64,000 nucleotides of DNA from a virus. Of the stretch, positions 1-8,803 are shown one piece after another. The stretch's first letter is position 1. Each line of letters starts with the position of its first letter. The position numbers and the translations under genes were made by a program. The notes beneath the pieces were generated by a model. It ran no database searches. It worked only from the letters and a program-made list of their open reading frames with translations, and was not told where the DNA came from. Where the stretch lies: positions 130,857 through 194,856 of IMG/VR virus record IMGVR_UViG_3300047476_000704; one strand, 5' to 3'.

Positions 1-707
1 TTCCACAATCTTCTTGCACTTTCTAACATAGATTTACCATAAGGTAAAAAGTTAGTGTCTGTCAACATACGAAAGTGAGCAATCTCATAGTTTTCGTATT
101 CTGTTTTTTGTCCAGCTACATAAAGTGATTTAGTTGCTAATGGGGTGTGTACAAATTTAACTGATTGCCAATTGTTCGGGTCATAACCCTCAACACGAGT
201 AATCTCATAAACCGAAAGTGGTTGAATACCTACAACACCTAACTCTTCTGCAATCTCAATATGTAAAAAGTGGTCACCATATTTAACCAAACTTCTTACC
301 CAAGGGAATAAATTAAATTCAACATTTATAATATCGTAGAATAAGTTTTCTAATATGGATTTTATTTGTTCGTTATTAGTTCTAACTTCTAATACTCTTC
401 CGTATTCATTTTTGGATGTAGATTCTTCTGCATAAATATCCAATGCGGCACCAATGATTGGGTCAGCATCCATAGCATCATAATCTCTAAAAAGTTCTTG
501 TCTGATTTGTTGGTAAGCAAGATAATTCTCATAGGTATTATTCATAGCCGATGAGTGTAATCTCATATATCTATCACGTAGATTGGTAGCAATTGCTTGC
601 GTTTCATCGTAATCAATTACCTTTAACCTATCTCCCTGCTTTCTTACGATTACCGATGTAGAGAATAGTTTGTTTAACCTACCAAAAAATGATTTATCTG
701 TTGCCAT
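1..707 (-). CDS. portal protein (T4 gp20-like), N-terminal part, truncated by window edge; not in the ORF track
   Basis: Manual translation from ATG at 707: MATDKSFFGRLNKLF...DYDAMDADPIIGAALDIYAEES...ENYEIAHFRMLTDTNFLPYGKSMLESARRLW, which has gp20-type motifs; it lies next to terminase. Confidence 0.88.
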   Translation of the reverse strand, partial: MATDKSFFGRLNKLFSTSVIVRKQGDRLKVIDYDETQAIATNLRDRYMRLHSSAMNNTYENYLAYQQIRQELFRDYDAMDADPIIGAALDIYAEESTSKNEYGRVLEVRTNNEQIKSILENLFYDIINVEFNLFPWVRSLVKYGDHFLHIEIAEELGVVGIQPLSVYEITRVEGYDPNNWQSVKFVHTPLATKSLYVAGQKTEYENYEIAHFRMLTDTNFLPYGKSMLESARRLW

Positions 708-753
708 TTAGCGTTCTGTTTGTTTAATTATATAACCTTTATTATTTTTACTC

Positions 754-1830
754 TTACCACTTTCTACAAGACCAATATCTTGCTTTGTGTCTTGGACCAG
801 GTTGGTCACAATTATGTCTTGCTCTAAAAGACCTTCTTGCATCTGGATTAGATTTTCTTATTCTCATTGTTTTTTCACCTTTAGATGCTGCCGATGTACC
901 ACCATGTCCAAAGTTTACTTTAACAACATTACCCGCTGGATTTTTAACATATACTTTGAATTTTTTAACATCGCCCCTCATTGGTTTACCCAATTTCACT
1001 TCTCTACCCCGATATTCAGCTTCAAATACACAATTGCAATTTGCTTCATCTAATGTATTTCTGTATGCTTTTAAGAACTGAATGAAATCTTCTATATCTT
1101 CTCTATCAACATCTAACTCATCGTAATCATCTTCCACCTCATTTACAGGTACACAATTTGGAACTTGCTTTCCACCTTTATCTTTCATTCCAACTTGCTT
1201 ATATCCAGTCCAACAATCTTCACATAATGCATTAGATTCACCTTCGTTACAAGTCTTCCAACCCCCACCCTTTGCTTTGTAGTTTTTTGCAGCCCAACCA
1301 TTAGCATATGCGGATGGATAAACATCAAATTTTGATTTAGCTGCTGCTTTTGATGCAGACCATTTTGCCGGGTCAGTTGGACAATTCTTTTCTAAAAAAA
1401 GATTTAATTTTTCGTAGATATTCATAGTTTCATTCTTTTTCTTTCCTTGGCAATGTGCTCTTTGAGAGAAACCTTTTGGATTGTTACAATCTATACTATT
1501 TTTGTATTTTTGGCTCCAATCTTCATTTTTTGGCTTTGTAGAAACATATATTGGTGTTTTTCCTTGCCCTTTACTATCCTTACCACCTCTATCTGCATCA
1601 TTTTGTGCTGCTCTTTTTCTGCGAGTTGCACTTTCTTTTTCTTTTTTACTCATTCCGGCGGCTTTTGATGCTGGAACACATTTAGCGTATCCTTTATTTT
1701 CACCAGAAGTACCACATGGTGGATGTTTTCCATCAACTTTCTTGCCAATGTTCACCCACTTTTCTTTAAACCACTTGCGCAAGTCTTCTTTTACTATATT
1801 ACGCAATTTAATATTACCATTCATATACAA
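754..1830 (-). CDS. concatemer of short basic Cys/Trp-rich phage micro-domains (probable head-associated protein); likely start 1824
   Basis: Blocks KWFKEKWVNI..CG..KCVP; WSQKYKNSIDCNNPKGFSQRAHC; KSKFDVYPSAYANGW; CWTGYKQVGMK..VPNCVP; KKFKVYVKNP..VKVNFG..RRSFRARHNC..ARYWSC; late motif at 1833-1840. Confidence 0.6.
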   Translation of the reverse strand: MYMNGNIKLRNIVKEDLRKWFKEKWVNIGKKVDGKHPPCGTSGENKGYAKCVPASKAAGMSKKEKESATRRKRAAQNDADRGGKDSKGQGKTPIYVSTKPKNEDWSQKYKNSIDCNNPKGFSQRAHCQGKKKNETMNIYEKLNLFLEKNCPTDPAKWSASKAAAKSKFDVYPSAYANGWAAKNYKAKGGGWKTCNEGESNALCEDCWTGYKQVGMKDKGGKQVPNCVPVNEVEDDYDELDVDREDIEDFIQFLKAYRNTLDEANCNCVFEAEYRGREVKLGKPMRGDVKKFKVYVKNPAGNVVKVNFGHGGTSAASKGEKTMRIRKSNPDARRSFRARHNCDQPGPRHKARYWSCRKW

Positions 1831-1859
1831 TATATAAATATAACAAAATTGAGTTTAAC

Positions 1860-3452
1860 CTATCGTAGTAACCATCTTAAATCTTCAAATCCATCACCAA
1901 CGCCGGTTTGCATCTTATATGGGTCATCTCCATATTGACCTGGTGTGTATAAACTATCATGCGATGTTTGTACAAATCCATCCAATGAACTTCTAGTTAG
2001 ATTGATACCTTCCTGTCTTAAACGCAAGGCAGTATCTCTAATCCACAATCCCATTCCCAATGCCATCACCAAGTCATCGTTATAACCTCTTGCTGCTTCT
2101 GCTCTACCATTATTCCAAATAAATGTAAAGAACTCATCTATTGTTCTCTTACTATGGATAATAACACTCATATCTCGCATATAGTTATCTATCTTTGATA
2201 TTACCAATGGACGAGTTTTAGATGATATACTAAATCCTGGCACCATTTGTTTTTCATCTCTGTAAAACTTATTAGTAAATTGAGTATCAATATCTACATA
2301 TTTAATATCTCTATTAGACCAGAATAGATTTTTGTAGTTTCTATCTAAACATTGTTGGATTGTTGTCCAACCAATTGATGCGTTATCAATGATTAGTAAA
2401 GCATCGTTATATTCAGTTGCTAAATTGATTAGGAAATTACCAAAATCTTTTGGTTCAATCTTACCTTTGTATTCTGCAACTTGCTCACAACTTTCTGCCT
2501 CTATAACATGAGCAGTAGAGTAGTCTTCCCCATCACCCCTTGCAACGTCGGCAGTTACTATATAACTCTTTGTGTAATTTACATCTTCCCAAACCCATAA
2601 GTTATTATCAAACCCACGTCTATACATTGGTTCTTTAACATATGCTTCATTATATTTTGCTAATATTTCCGGTTGAACTACCGTTGCTCCGGAACTGATA
2701 AAGTCACAATCACATTCCTGCGCTGCTCCCTTTGGTCCCAATTGCTTTTCTTGCTCCTCTCTCCAACTTGCATCTCTTTCAGGGTGAACAGTCCAATGGA
2801 GTTTAATTGTATGGAATAAATTTTCTTTATTTTCTGCTTTTACCCAAGTTTTGTGAAACCAATTACCCATACCATTTGGTGTAGATAATGCGATACAGCT
2901 ACCACCCGTTGATAGAGTAGATTGTGCCGATGTCCAAATTTCTTCAATATAATCAATAAATGCTGCCTCATCAAATACCAATAGGGATAGGGCTTCCGAA
3001 CGTCCTGCGTCTGGTTTAGATGAAATTGCTTTGATTTGAGAACCATTCTTTAATCGTAGAGATAGTTTGTTATCTTCAACCTCTGCAACTCTTAACCATA
3101 CAGGTAAGAATTGATTCATTACTCTTACCTTTAATACCAAGTTTTTTGCAACCTCTTGTTTAGTTGCAATAACCAACACGTTATAATCTTCGTTAAAAAT
3201 CATACACCACAATGCATAACCTGCAACTAATGTAGATATACCCAATTGGCGGGATTTTAGAACAATATTAAAACGATTATCTTTGAAATCATTTAATACA
3301 TCTTCCTGAAAGTTATATAAATCAAATGGTATTTTCCCACGAACTGGGTGTTGGATTTTACAATACTTGCGCATAAAATAGACAGGGTCTTTAGCGCATT
3401 TTTTATATTGCTCTCTTACTGCATCTTGCAGTGATTTTGTTTGATTGGCCAT
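1860..3452 (-). CDS. terL: terminase large subunit (T4 gp17-like)
   Basis: LKSRQLGIST (Walker A), LLVFDEAAF (Walker B), STPNG, TADVARGDGEDYS and DDLVMA RNase H-like nuclease motifs. Confidence 0.96.
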   Translation of the reverse strand: MANQTKSLQDAVREQYKKCAKDPVYFMRKYCKIQHPVRGKIPFDLYNFQEDVLNDFKDNRFNIVLKSRQLGISTLVAGYALWCMIFNEDYNVLVIATKQEVAKNLVLKVRVMNQFLPVWLRVAEVEDNKLSLRLKNGSQIKAISSKPDAGRSEALSLLVFDEAAFIDYIEEIWTSAQSTLSTGGSCIALSTPNGMGNWFHKTWVKAENKENLFHTIKLHWTVHPERDASWREEQEKQLGPKGAAQECDCDFISSGATVVQPEILAKYNEAYVKEPMYRRGFDNNLWVWEDVNYTKSYIVTADVARGDGEDYSTAHVIEAESCEQVAEYKGKIEPKDFGNFLINLATEYNDALLIIDNASIGWTTIQQCLDRNYKNLFWSNRDIKYVDIDTQFTNKFYRDEKQMVPGFSISSKTRPLVISKIDNYMRDMSVIIHSKRTIDEFFTFIWNNGRAEAARGYNDDLVMALGMGLWIRDTALRLRQEGINLTRSSLDGFVQTSHDSLYTPGQYGDDPYKMQTGVGDGFEDLRWLLR

Positions 3453-3465
3453 AATGCCTCCCTTA

Positions 3466-4125
3466 TTATTTTAACTTTATTTTCCAATAAACACCACCAC
3501 CAATGTATGGAATTATTTGGTTTCCACCATTAGTTGATTGTTGATTGGATATACCAATATTTAATTGATATATTTTATCTGTTTTAGTTTTAAGGAGTAC
3601 ACCACCACCAAATGAATTGCCGAAGTTTACTTTATCTAAAGCGCCATTCACACCAACATATACTTGATTTTTAGGTAGTTCTTTTACTATCTTTGTATCA
3701 GTAATTGTTCTTTCTTTAATTTGTGCGTTCCACTTTCTTCCAATGATTTTGTTTTTAGAAATTGTATCGGTTAGTTCAATAGTTCCCAATCCATTATCTA
3801 AAACTAATTTATCTTTATATAAAACCTTTGAATGATAATCTTTTAGTATTCTTTCCGTATCTGCCTTTATATAAACAGGTACTTTAGTTTCACGTTCTTT
3901 TTCAACAATTGTTTCGTGGTATATATCCTTACCTTTTACATATTGTACTTTTGTATGCTCTACAATTACAGTATCAATTTTGTGTTTTAACAACTCATAG
4001 TTTTTACCATCTACATTTACGGTCTCACCTACTTTACCATCGCCGTTGGTACACTTATACCATACGATTCCGCAAGTTGCAAAAATCACAATCCATTTGA
4101 TATTATTCTGTAAAAATGTTAGCAT
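3466..4125 (-). CDS. membrane-anchored protein with C-terminal beta-strands; paralogue of 51029..51664 (possible lysis/spanin-like)
   Basis: N-terminal hydrophobic segment; shared block DT..IL..Y....V.K....L..G.G.I..TDTIS.N....RKW. Confidence 0.5.
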   Translation of the reverse strand: MLTFLQNNIKWIVIFATCGIVWYKCTNGDGKVGETVNVDGKNYELLKHKIDTVIVEHTKVQYVKGKDIYHETIVEKERETKVPVYIKADTERILKDYHSKVLYKDKLVLDNGLGTIELTDTISKNKIIGRKWNAQIKERTITDTKIVKELPKNQVYVGVNGALDKVNFGNSFGGGVLLKTKTDKIYQLNIGISNQQSTNGGNQIIPYIGGGVYWKIKLK

Positions 4126-4741
4126 AATCTTCTTTTATTATTTCCCAACTATCATCTTTTATTTTTTGATAGCCAAGTATGTTTTCTTCTGCTTCGGCTA
4201 TATCTTTTCTGATGTTAGATTTTAATTCCTCAACATCACCATCATATACCCATTTTTCAATCTTACCTTCGGCAGTTACAAATTCGTGTTCTTTATCTGC
4301 TTCTACCAATGCATCTTTGAATTTTTTAATCAAATCCGTTAGGAACTCAATTTCATACCCGGCAATCTTCCACTTTTCATATTCGTTCCAATTTCCGTTT
4401 ACTCTAAACTTTTGTTCCTTTTCAGCTAAACAATCAATACAATACCCAGTCTTACGAATAAATTGTAAGTGTTTTTCGGTTTTTTTAATTGTTTTACACC
4501 CTTTGTTTTTACAAGTTGATAAAGATTGAATATATTGCCTTACATCATCAAATTTAGATTTAACAATTTTAAATCCTTTTTGTTGTACCCAAGTTACACC
4601 ATCACTATCTGTCCATTCATCCCCAACTTGTCTATCTTGCTTTTCAGCCCGCCAACCATGTGTATTTGTACCACCATTATCATTACCAAAAGCTACATCC
4701 AAAATCTTTTTTCTGGATGGGTGCATATACTTTTTACTCAT
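4103..4741 (-). CDS. hypothetical phage protein with Cys pairs
   Basis: 212-aa ORF with CKNKGC..C..DC and RQVGDEWTDSDGVTWVQ; late motif upstream. Confidence 0.6.
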   Translation of the reverse strand: MSKKYMHPSRKKILDVAFGNDNGGTNTHGWRAEKQDRQVGDEWTDSDGVTWVQQKGFKIVKSKFDDVRQYIQSLSTCKNKGCKTIKKTEKHLQFIRKTGYCIDCLAEKEQKFRVNGNWNEYEKWKIAGYEIEFLTDLIKKFKDALVEADKEHEFVTAEGKIEKWVYDGDVEELKSNIRKDIAEAEENILGYQKIKDDSWEIIKEDYANIFTE

Positions 4742-4789
4742 ATAACTTATTGTTTTGTTTTGTATATATAAATATATACTTTTTTAATT

Positions 4790-7700
4790 TTAGTAAAATA
4801 TACCCAGCAACTGATTCAATGATGCAAATGCTCCAGTCATCTTAAATACATTACCTTTGTATGTAAATATAATTCCTTCATTTGGAACTATCTTATCAAA
4901 TCCACCAATTGAATTTAATCTTTCTAATTCCAATTTCATTTTTTCAATTTGAGCAGGAGTGCCTTCTGCTTTTATTTTATCTATCGTTGCATCTAATCTT
5001 TTACGGATTGCTTGTAGAGCTTCGTTTGGAGATGCGGTCAATACTGATTGCATAAATTGTAAAACTTCTGCACCCACACCTAAAAAGATTTCTTCAAATT
5101 TCATTAGGTTTTCTTTTGCAATTTTATCTTTACTTTGCTTCTCAATACCATCAGCCCATACTCTTGCCTTCTCATCACCTATCAAATTGATACGGAATGA
5201 TTTATCACCAAATGCCCATCTTTTCGTTAAACCTTCAATTTCCAATGGTGTTAAACCTTTAGAACCTTTTTGTATAAAACTTTTCCACCAAGCCTGATGA
5301 TAATCAGCTACACCAGCGTTATCTGGTAAACTAAACTCACCTTGTAATTTGGAAATCTTTGCAAGGTACTTACCTTTTTGTGAACTTAAATTTTCACTCT
5401 TTGGTAATTTTACAATAGGAGGTCCTTGTATTACATATTTAGATTGAACGTGAGCGTTTACTTGCTTAATCATTCCTGCTAATATACTTTCAGCTCCTTT
5501 AATTTGTCCTACTGCATTTCCAGCTTCATTGTATTCAACACAATTGTGGAATACCAATAGAGCCTGTCCATATGGAATAACATTTACGGATGTTGGATAG
5601 ATAACCTCTAAATTCATAAATGCTTTACCATTCATAAATATCTTATCCTTTTGCGCTTGAGATAATCCTCTAATAGCACTTTCCAAATCTTTCATAGCAA
5701 AGTTGTAAGCATCACTTAATGCTCCTCTACCAGCGAATTTTGCAGCCATACCAGATGCGTCCAAAGCACCTGCTCCCGCATTTGCTAAATGCCCTTTGTT
5801 TCTTGCTGCAATCAATCTACCATTCTTCCAACTTATTGCCAATGCTTGTCCATCGGTTTTTTCTCTAACAACACCCAATGAACCATCTAATGCTTTAGTA
5901 ACTATATTTTTTAAATCTTTAAATGTAAGATTTATATCAGTATCAAATGGATGATGCATATGTCCATAAGCACCACCTTCGGTTAGTAAATCTTCGTTTA
6001 CTTTTTTATATGGCTCGTATCCTCTTTTTTCTTTATCTTTTGTATCAGTTTGATGACCTGGTTGTTTTTTTCGTGTGTCATCAAAATCAATCGTGTCTAA
6101 TTCGGGCTCATATCCGTAATCTGGCGCATATGTTGATGTTTTGTGATGGTGATTAAAGTTATGGTCAGCCGTTCCAACTGGTTCATGGTTTTTTGTATTT
6201 ATAGCTTCAAACGCACTTTTCTTTACTTTGTACCAACCACCTCCTGGTGCTCTAAATATTCTCGCCGGTATTCTAAATGTAGAACCAATTGGTAATTTAC
6301 TGAAATACTTACTATCTATGTGTACTACCTTTGTAATAAACTCTTTTGTTTTATTATCAGCACCAACCAATTCAACTTCAATTTTTACCGGTTGTCCACC
6401 AATTTTGATTGTACCACCAAATATACCCTTTGTTATTTCGTTTAATTTACCTTCTACTTGATATACAGGTGTTGATGATTTGAAATCATCTTTTCTCATT
6501 ATAGTTTTAGCAATCAATTTATTTGCTTTAACCATAAATGGGATGTTGATACCCGTTCTCTTATCTTTTACTACAAACTCGTTGTATTGTTTGATAAACT
6601 CTAAAAACTTTTTCTTATTTTTTGCTAATCTCTTAAAGAAACCAGTTAACTCTGCTGGTGATATTTCTTTGCCATTACGAGGGTCATTTAATCTTTGAAA
6701 AAAATGGTCAGTTTCTTTTCCCAAATCAACATCTTCAGGAGATAATTGAGAGTCTGCGTATTTCTCAACCTTATCCATATCAACCTTTGCCATTTCTTTT
6801 AGCTCATTTGGAGCTTCCCAATCTTTTTCACTAATTTTACCTTCTTCTTTGTCTTTATTATATGAATCTACTGTTTTTGCCCAAACCATAGCTGGTATTG
6901 CTCCGTTCATCATATTATCGGCAAGTTGTAATGTAAACCATTCTATATAAGTTTCATCCGTAATATTTTCTGTACCTGCGTTTATTGCTGCTTTTATAGC
7001 TCCACCAAGTATGACCTCACTTGCCATATGTTCTGCTAAATGTACACTTAAATTACCCATCAAACCACCAACACCATGTCCTATTACTGCACCAACGCCA
7101 CCCGTTACAACCATACTAGCAACCGTCAATCCAACCGTTTTACCAATTGCTATCATAGCTTTCTTTTGATTTTCATCTGGCTTTTGACCTGAAAATACTG
7201 CCTTAAATCCAGCACCAGCTACATCTAACTCATGTCCCAAATGTTTAGCTTCTCTAACTACACCCTTTACAATACCCTTTGCCTTATCACCAATCCATTT
7301 TCCAAAACTACGTCTTTCTTTTGATTGTGCTTTGTGTGCTCCTCTAAAAAATTCTTTTTCTTTAGTACTCCACTTTGATATTTTTTGATTTATATAGTTT
7401 CGTAATACTTCTGGTTTATTTACCAATGTTGAAGCAACTTTCCCAACACTAGCTTTTGCTTGTGTATTTAATCCAGTATCTTTTGGTTTTTGTGCTTTTT
7501 GCTTAACTTTTTGTAATTTTTCTTTATCAGAACCACCAGCCTTTGCAACCAACATCATTGCTGCTTTGTATGCTGGATGGTCTCTCTTATAGTTTAATGC
7601 TGAACTTACTTTAATATCTTCACCCGTCTTTGGGTTCTTTACCAATTGGTTTAGGATTTGTGGTGAATAACCACTACCTTTTACCGATGCTTCTTTTACG

Positions 7701-8785
7701 ATACCCTCGCCATAACCAGTATATAATCCTAAATTAACTTGATTTACTTTATCACTTTTTGGAGATTGTTGTCCTTTCTCTATGTTACCAGGTACTTGTC
7801 TTTTATCCATTAAAGCATGGACGTGAAGAACTCTCATTGCTTCTTGTCTTGCAAACTCCGTTCTATCTAATTGTAGAGCATCTTTAATACGATATTTCTT
7901 ACCAGTTGCTGGGTCTGCGATTTCCATATTCATTATGTTATCCCAATCTACCGAATCTGGTTCGTAGTTTATATCTCCCTCAATTGTTACCAACTTATCG
8001 TAGTATTTAGGGTCTTCAAATATATGGTCTTTTGCAATCTCTGATGCTATTCGTATATCTGTGGTGTGTTCCATTTCTACATTCACACCTTTCTTAAACT
8101 CTTTCTTTATAGTATCCAAATCCACTTTATGTTTATCAGCTATTTGTGCCAATGTCATTCCTTTAGATAATCCACCTGGTATAAACTCTTTGGTTTCGTT
8201 TAATCCTTTATTCAACATTTGGAATACATCTTTATTGTATTTACCAAAAAACTTTTGGAATTGCTTTTCTTTTTCATCTGCTGATAAATTACTACGGAAC
8301 ATATTTCTCACATCGGTTGCACCAAATGAATTTGATGGAGTTTTAGAATATACATAACCCTTCGTTGAATAACCTTCCATATCCTTACCATTAGTGTATG
8401 GTTTAAAATATTGTCCACCCAATCTCATAGCATCTTTTTCTCCCAATGCTACAACTAATGCAGTATTGGTTGAGTCAAAATCACGTAGGATTTCTACGGG
8501 TTGGTATGGTGATTTTACTTGAATGAACTTTGATGGTGGGATACCAAACACTTTAACTGCAATATCACGTTTCTGATTAAAAGAAAGTGGTGATTTACCA
8601 GAGTCTTGTACATTTGATGTTGCGATATAAACATTCTTCGCTCCAAATACGGAACATAGATGTTTGTATGTCTTATAGTGTCCTGCGTGGAATGGTTGAA
8701 ATCTTCCACCATAAACTACTACCGTTTGCTTTACAGCTTCGGTTAGTAAAAAAGTTTCCACTAAATAGTTTGATAATTCATTCAT
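4790..8785 (-). CDS. 1331-aa multidomain protein: HIGH-motif cytidylyltransferase-like N-terminus, DUF5661-like block, possible BECR-type RNase-like block, C-terminal ATP-dependent ligase-like nucleotidyltransferase
   Basis: YGGRFQPFHAGH; VEMEHT..IA.EIAKDH..EDPKYY; DHFFQRLNDPR; EKTDGQ plus EGIIF..KMTG (ligase motifs I, IV, V-like). Confidence 0.7.
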   Translation of the reverse strand: MNELSNYLVETFLLTEAVKQTVVVYGGRFQPFHAGHYKTYKHLCSVFGAKNVYIATSNVQDSGKSPLSFNQKRDIAVKVFGIPPSKFIQVKSPYQPVEILRDFDSTNTALVVALGEKDAMRLGGQYFKPYTNGKDMEGYSTKGYVYSKTPSNSFGATDVRNMFRSNLSADEKEKQFQKFFGKYNKDVFQMLNKGLNETKEFIPGGLSKGMTLAQIADKHKVDLDTIKKEFKKGVNVEMEHTTDIRIASEIAKDHIFEDPKYYDKLVTIEGDINYEPDSVDWDNIMNMEIADPATGKKYRIKDALQLDRTEFARQEAMRVLHVHALMDKRQVPGNIEKGQQSPKSDKVNQVNLGLYTGYGEGIVKEASVKGSGYSPQILNQLVKNPKTGEDIKVSSALNYKRDHPAYKAAMMLVAKAGGSDKEKLQKVKQKAQKPKDTGLNTQAKASVGKVASTLVNKPEVLRNYINQKISKWSTKEKEFFRGAHKAQSKERRSFGKWIGDKAKGIVKGVVREAKHLGHELDVAGAGFKAVFSGQKPDENQKKAMIAIGKTVGLTVASMVVTGGVGAVIGHGVGGLMGNLSVHLAEHMASEVILGGAIKAAINAGTENITDETYIEWFTLQLADNMMNGAIPAMVWAKTVDSYNKDKEEGKISEKDWEAPNELKEMAKVDMDKVEKYADSQLSPEDVDLGKETDHFFQRLNDPRNGKEISPAELTGFFKRLAKNKKKFLEFIKQYNEFVVKDKRTGINIPFMVKANKLIAKTIMRKDDFKSSTPVYQVEGKLNEITKGIFGGTIKIGGQPVKIEVELVGADNKTKEFITKVVHIDSKYFSKLPIGSTFRIPARIFRAPGGGWYKVKKSAFEAINTKNHEPVGTADHNFNHHHKTSTYAPDYGYEPELDTIDFDDTRKKQPGHQTDTKDKEKRGYEPYKKVNEDLLTEGGAYGHMHHPFDTDINLTFKDLKNIVTKALDGSLGVVREKTDGQALAISWKNGRLIAARNKGHLANAGAGALDASGMAAKFAGRGALSDAYNFAMKDLESAIRGLSQAQKDKIFMNGKAFMNLEVIYPTSVNVIPYGQALLVFHNCVEYNEAGNAVGQIKGAESILAGMIKQVNAHVQSKYVIQGPPIVKLPKSENLSSQKGKYLAKISKLQGEFSLPDNAGVADYHQAWWKSFIQKGSKGLTPLEIEGLTKRWAFGDKSFRINLIGDEKARVWADGIEKQSKDKIAKENLMKFEEIFLGVGAEVLQFMQSVLTASPNEALQAIRKRLDATIDKIKAEGTPAQIEKMKLELERLNSIGGFDKIVPNEGIIFTYKGNVFKMTGAFASLNQLLGIFY

Positions 8786-8789
8786 ATAC

Positions 8790-8797
8790 TATAAATA
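8790..8797 (-). promoter_or_regulatory. putative late promoter motif TATTTATA (representative; also 1833, 4767, 11938, 16946, 32131, 35322, 48778; variants 18220, 20186, 46998; + strand copy 49093)
   Basis: Recurs in short intergenic gaps 4-38 nt upstream of start codons, mostly of structural genes. Confidence 0.6.
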
Positions 8798-8803
8798 TAT
8801 ATT

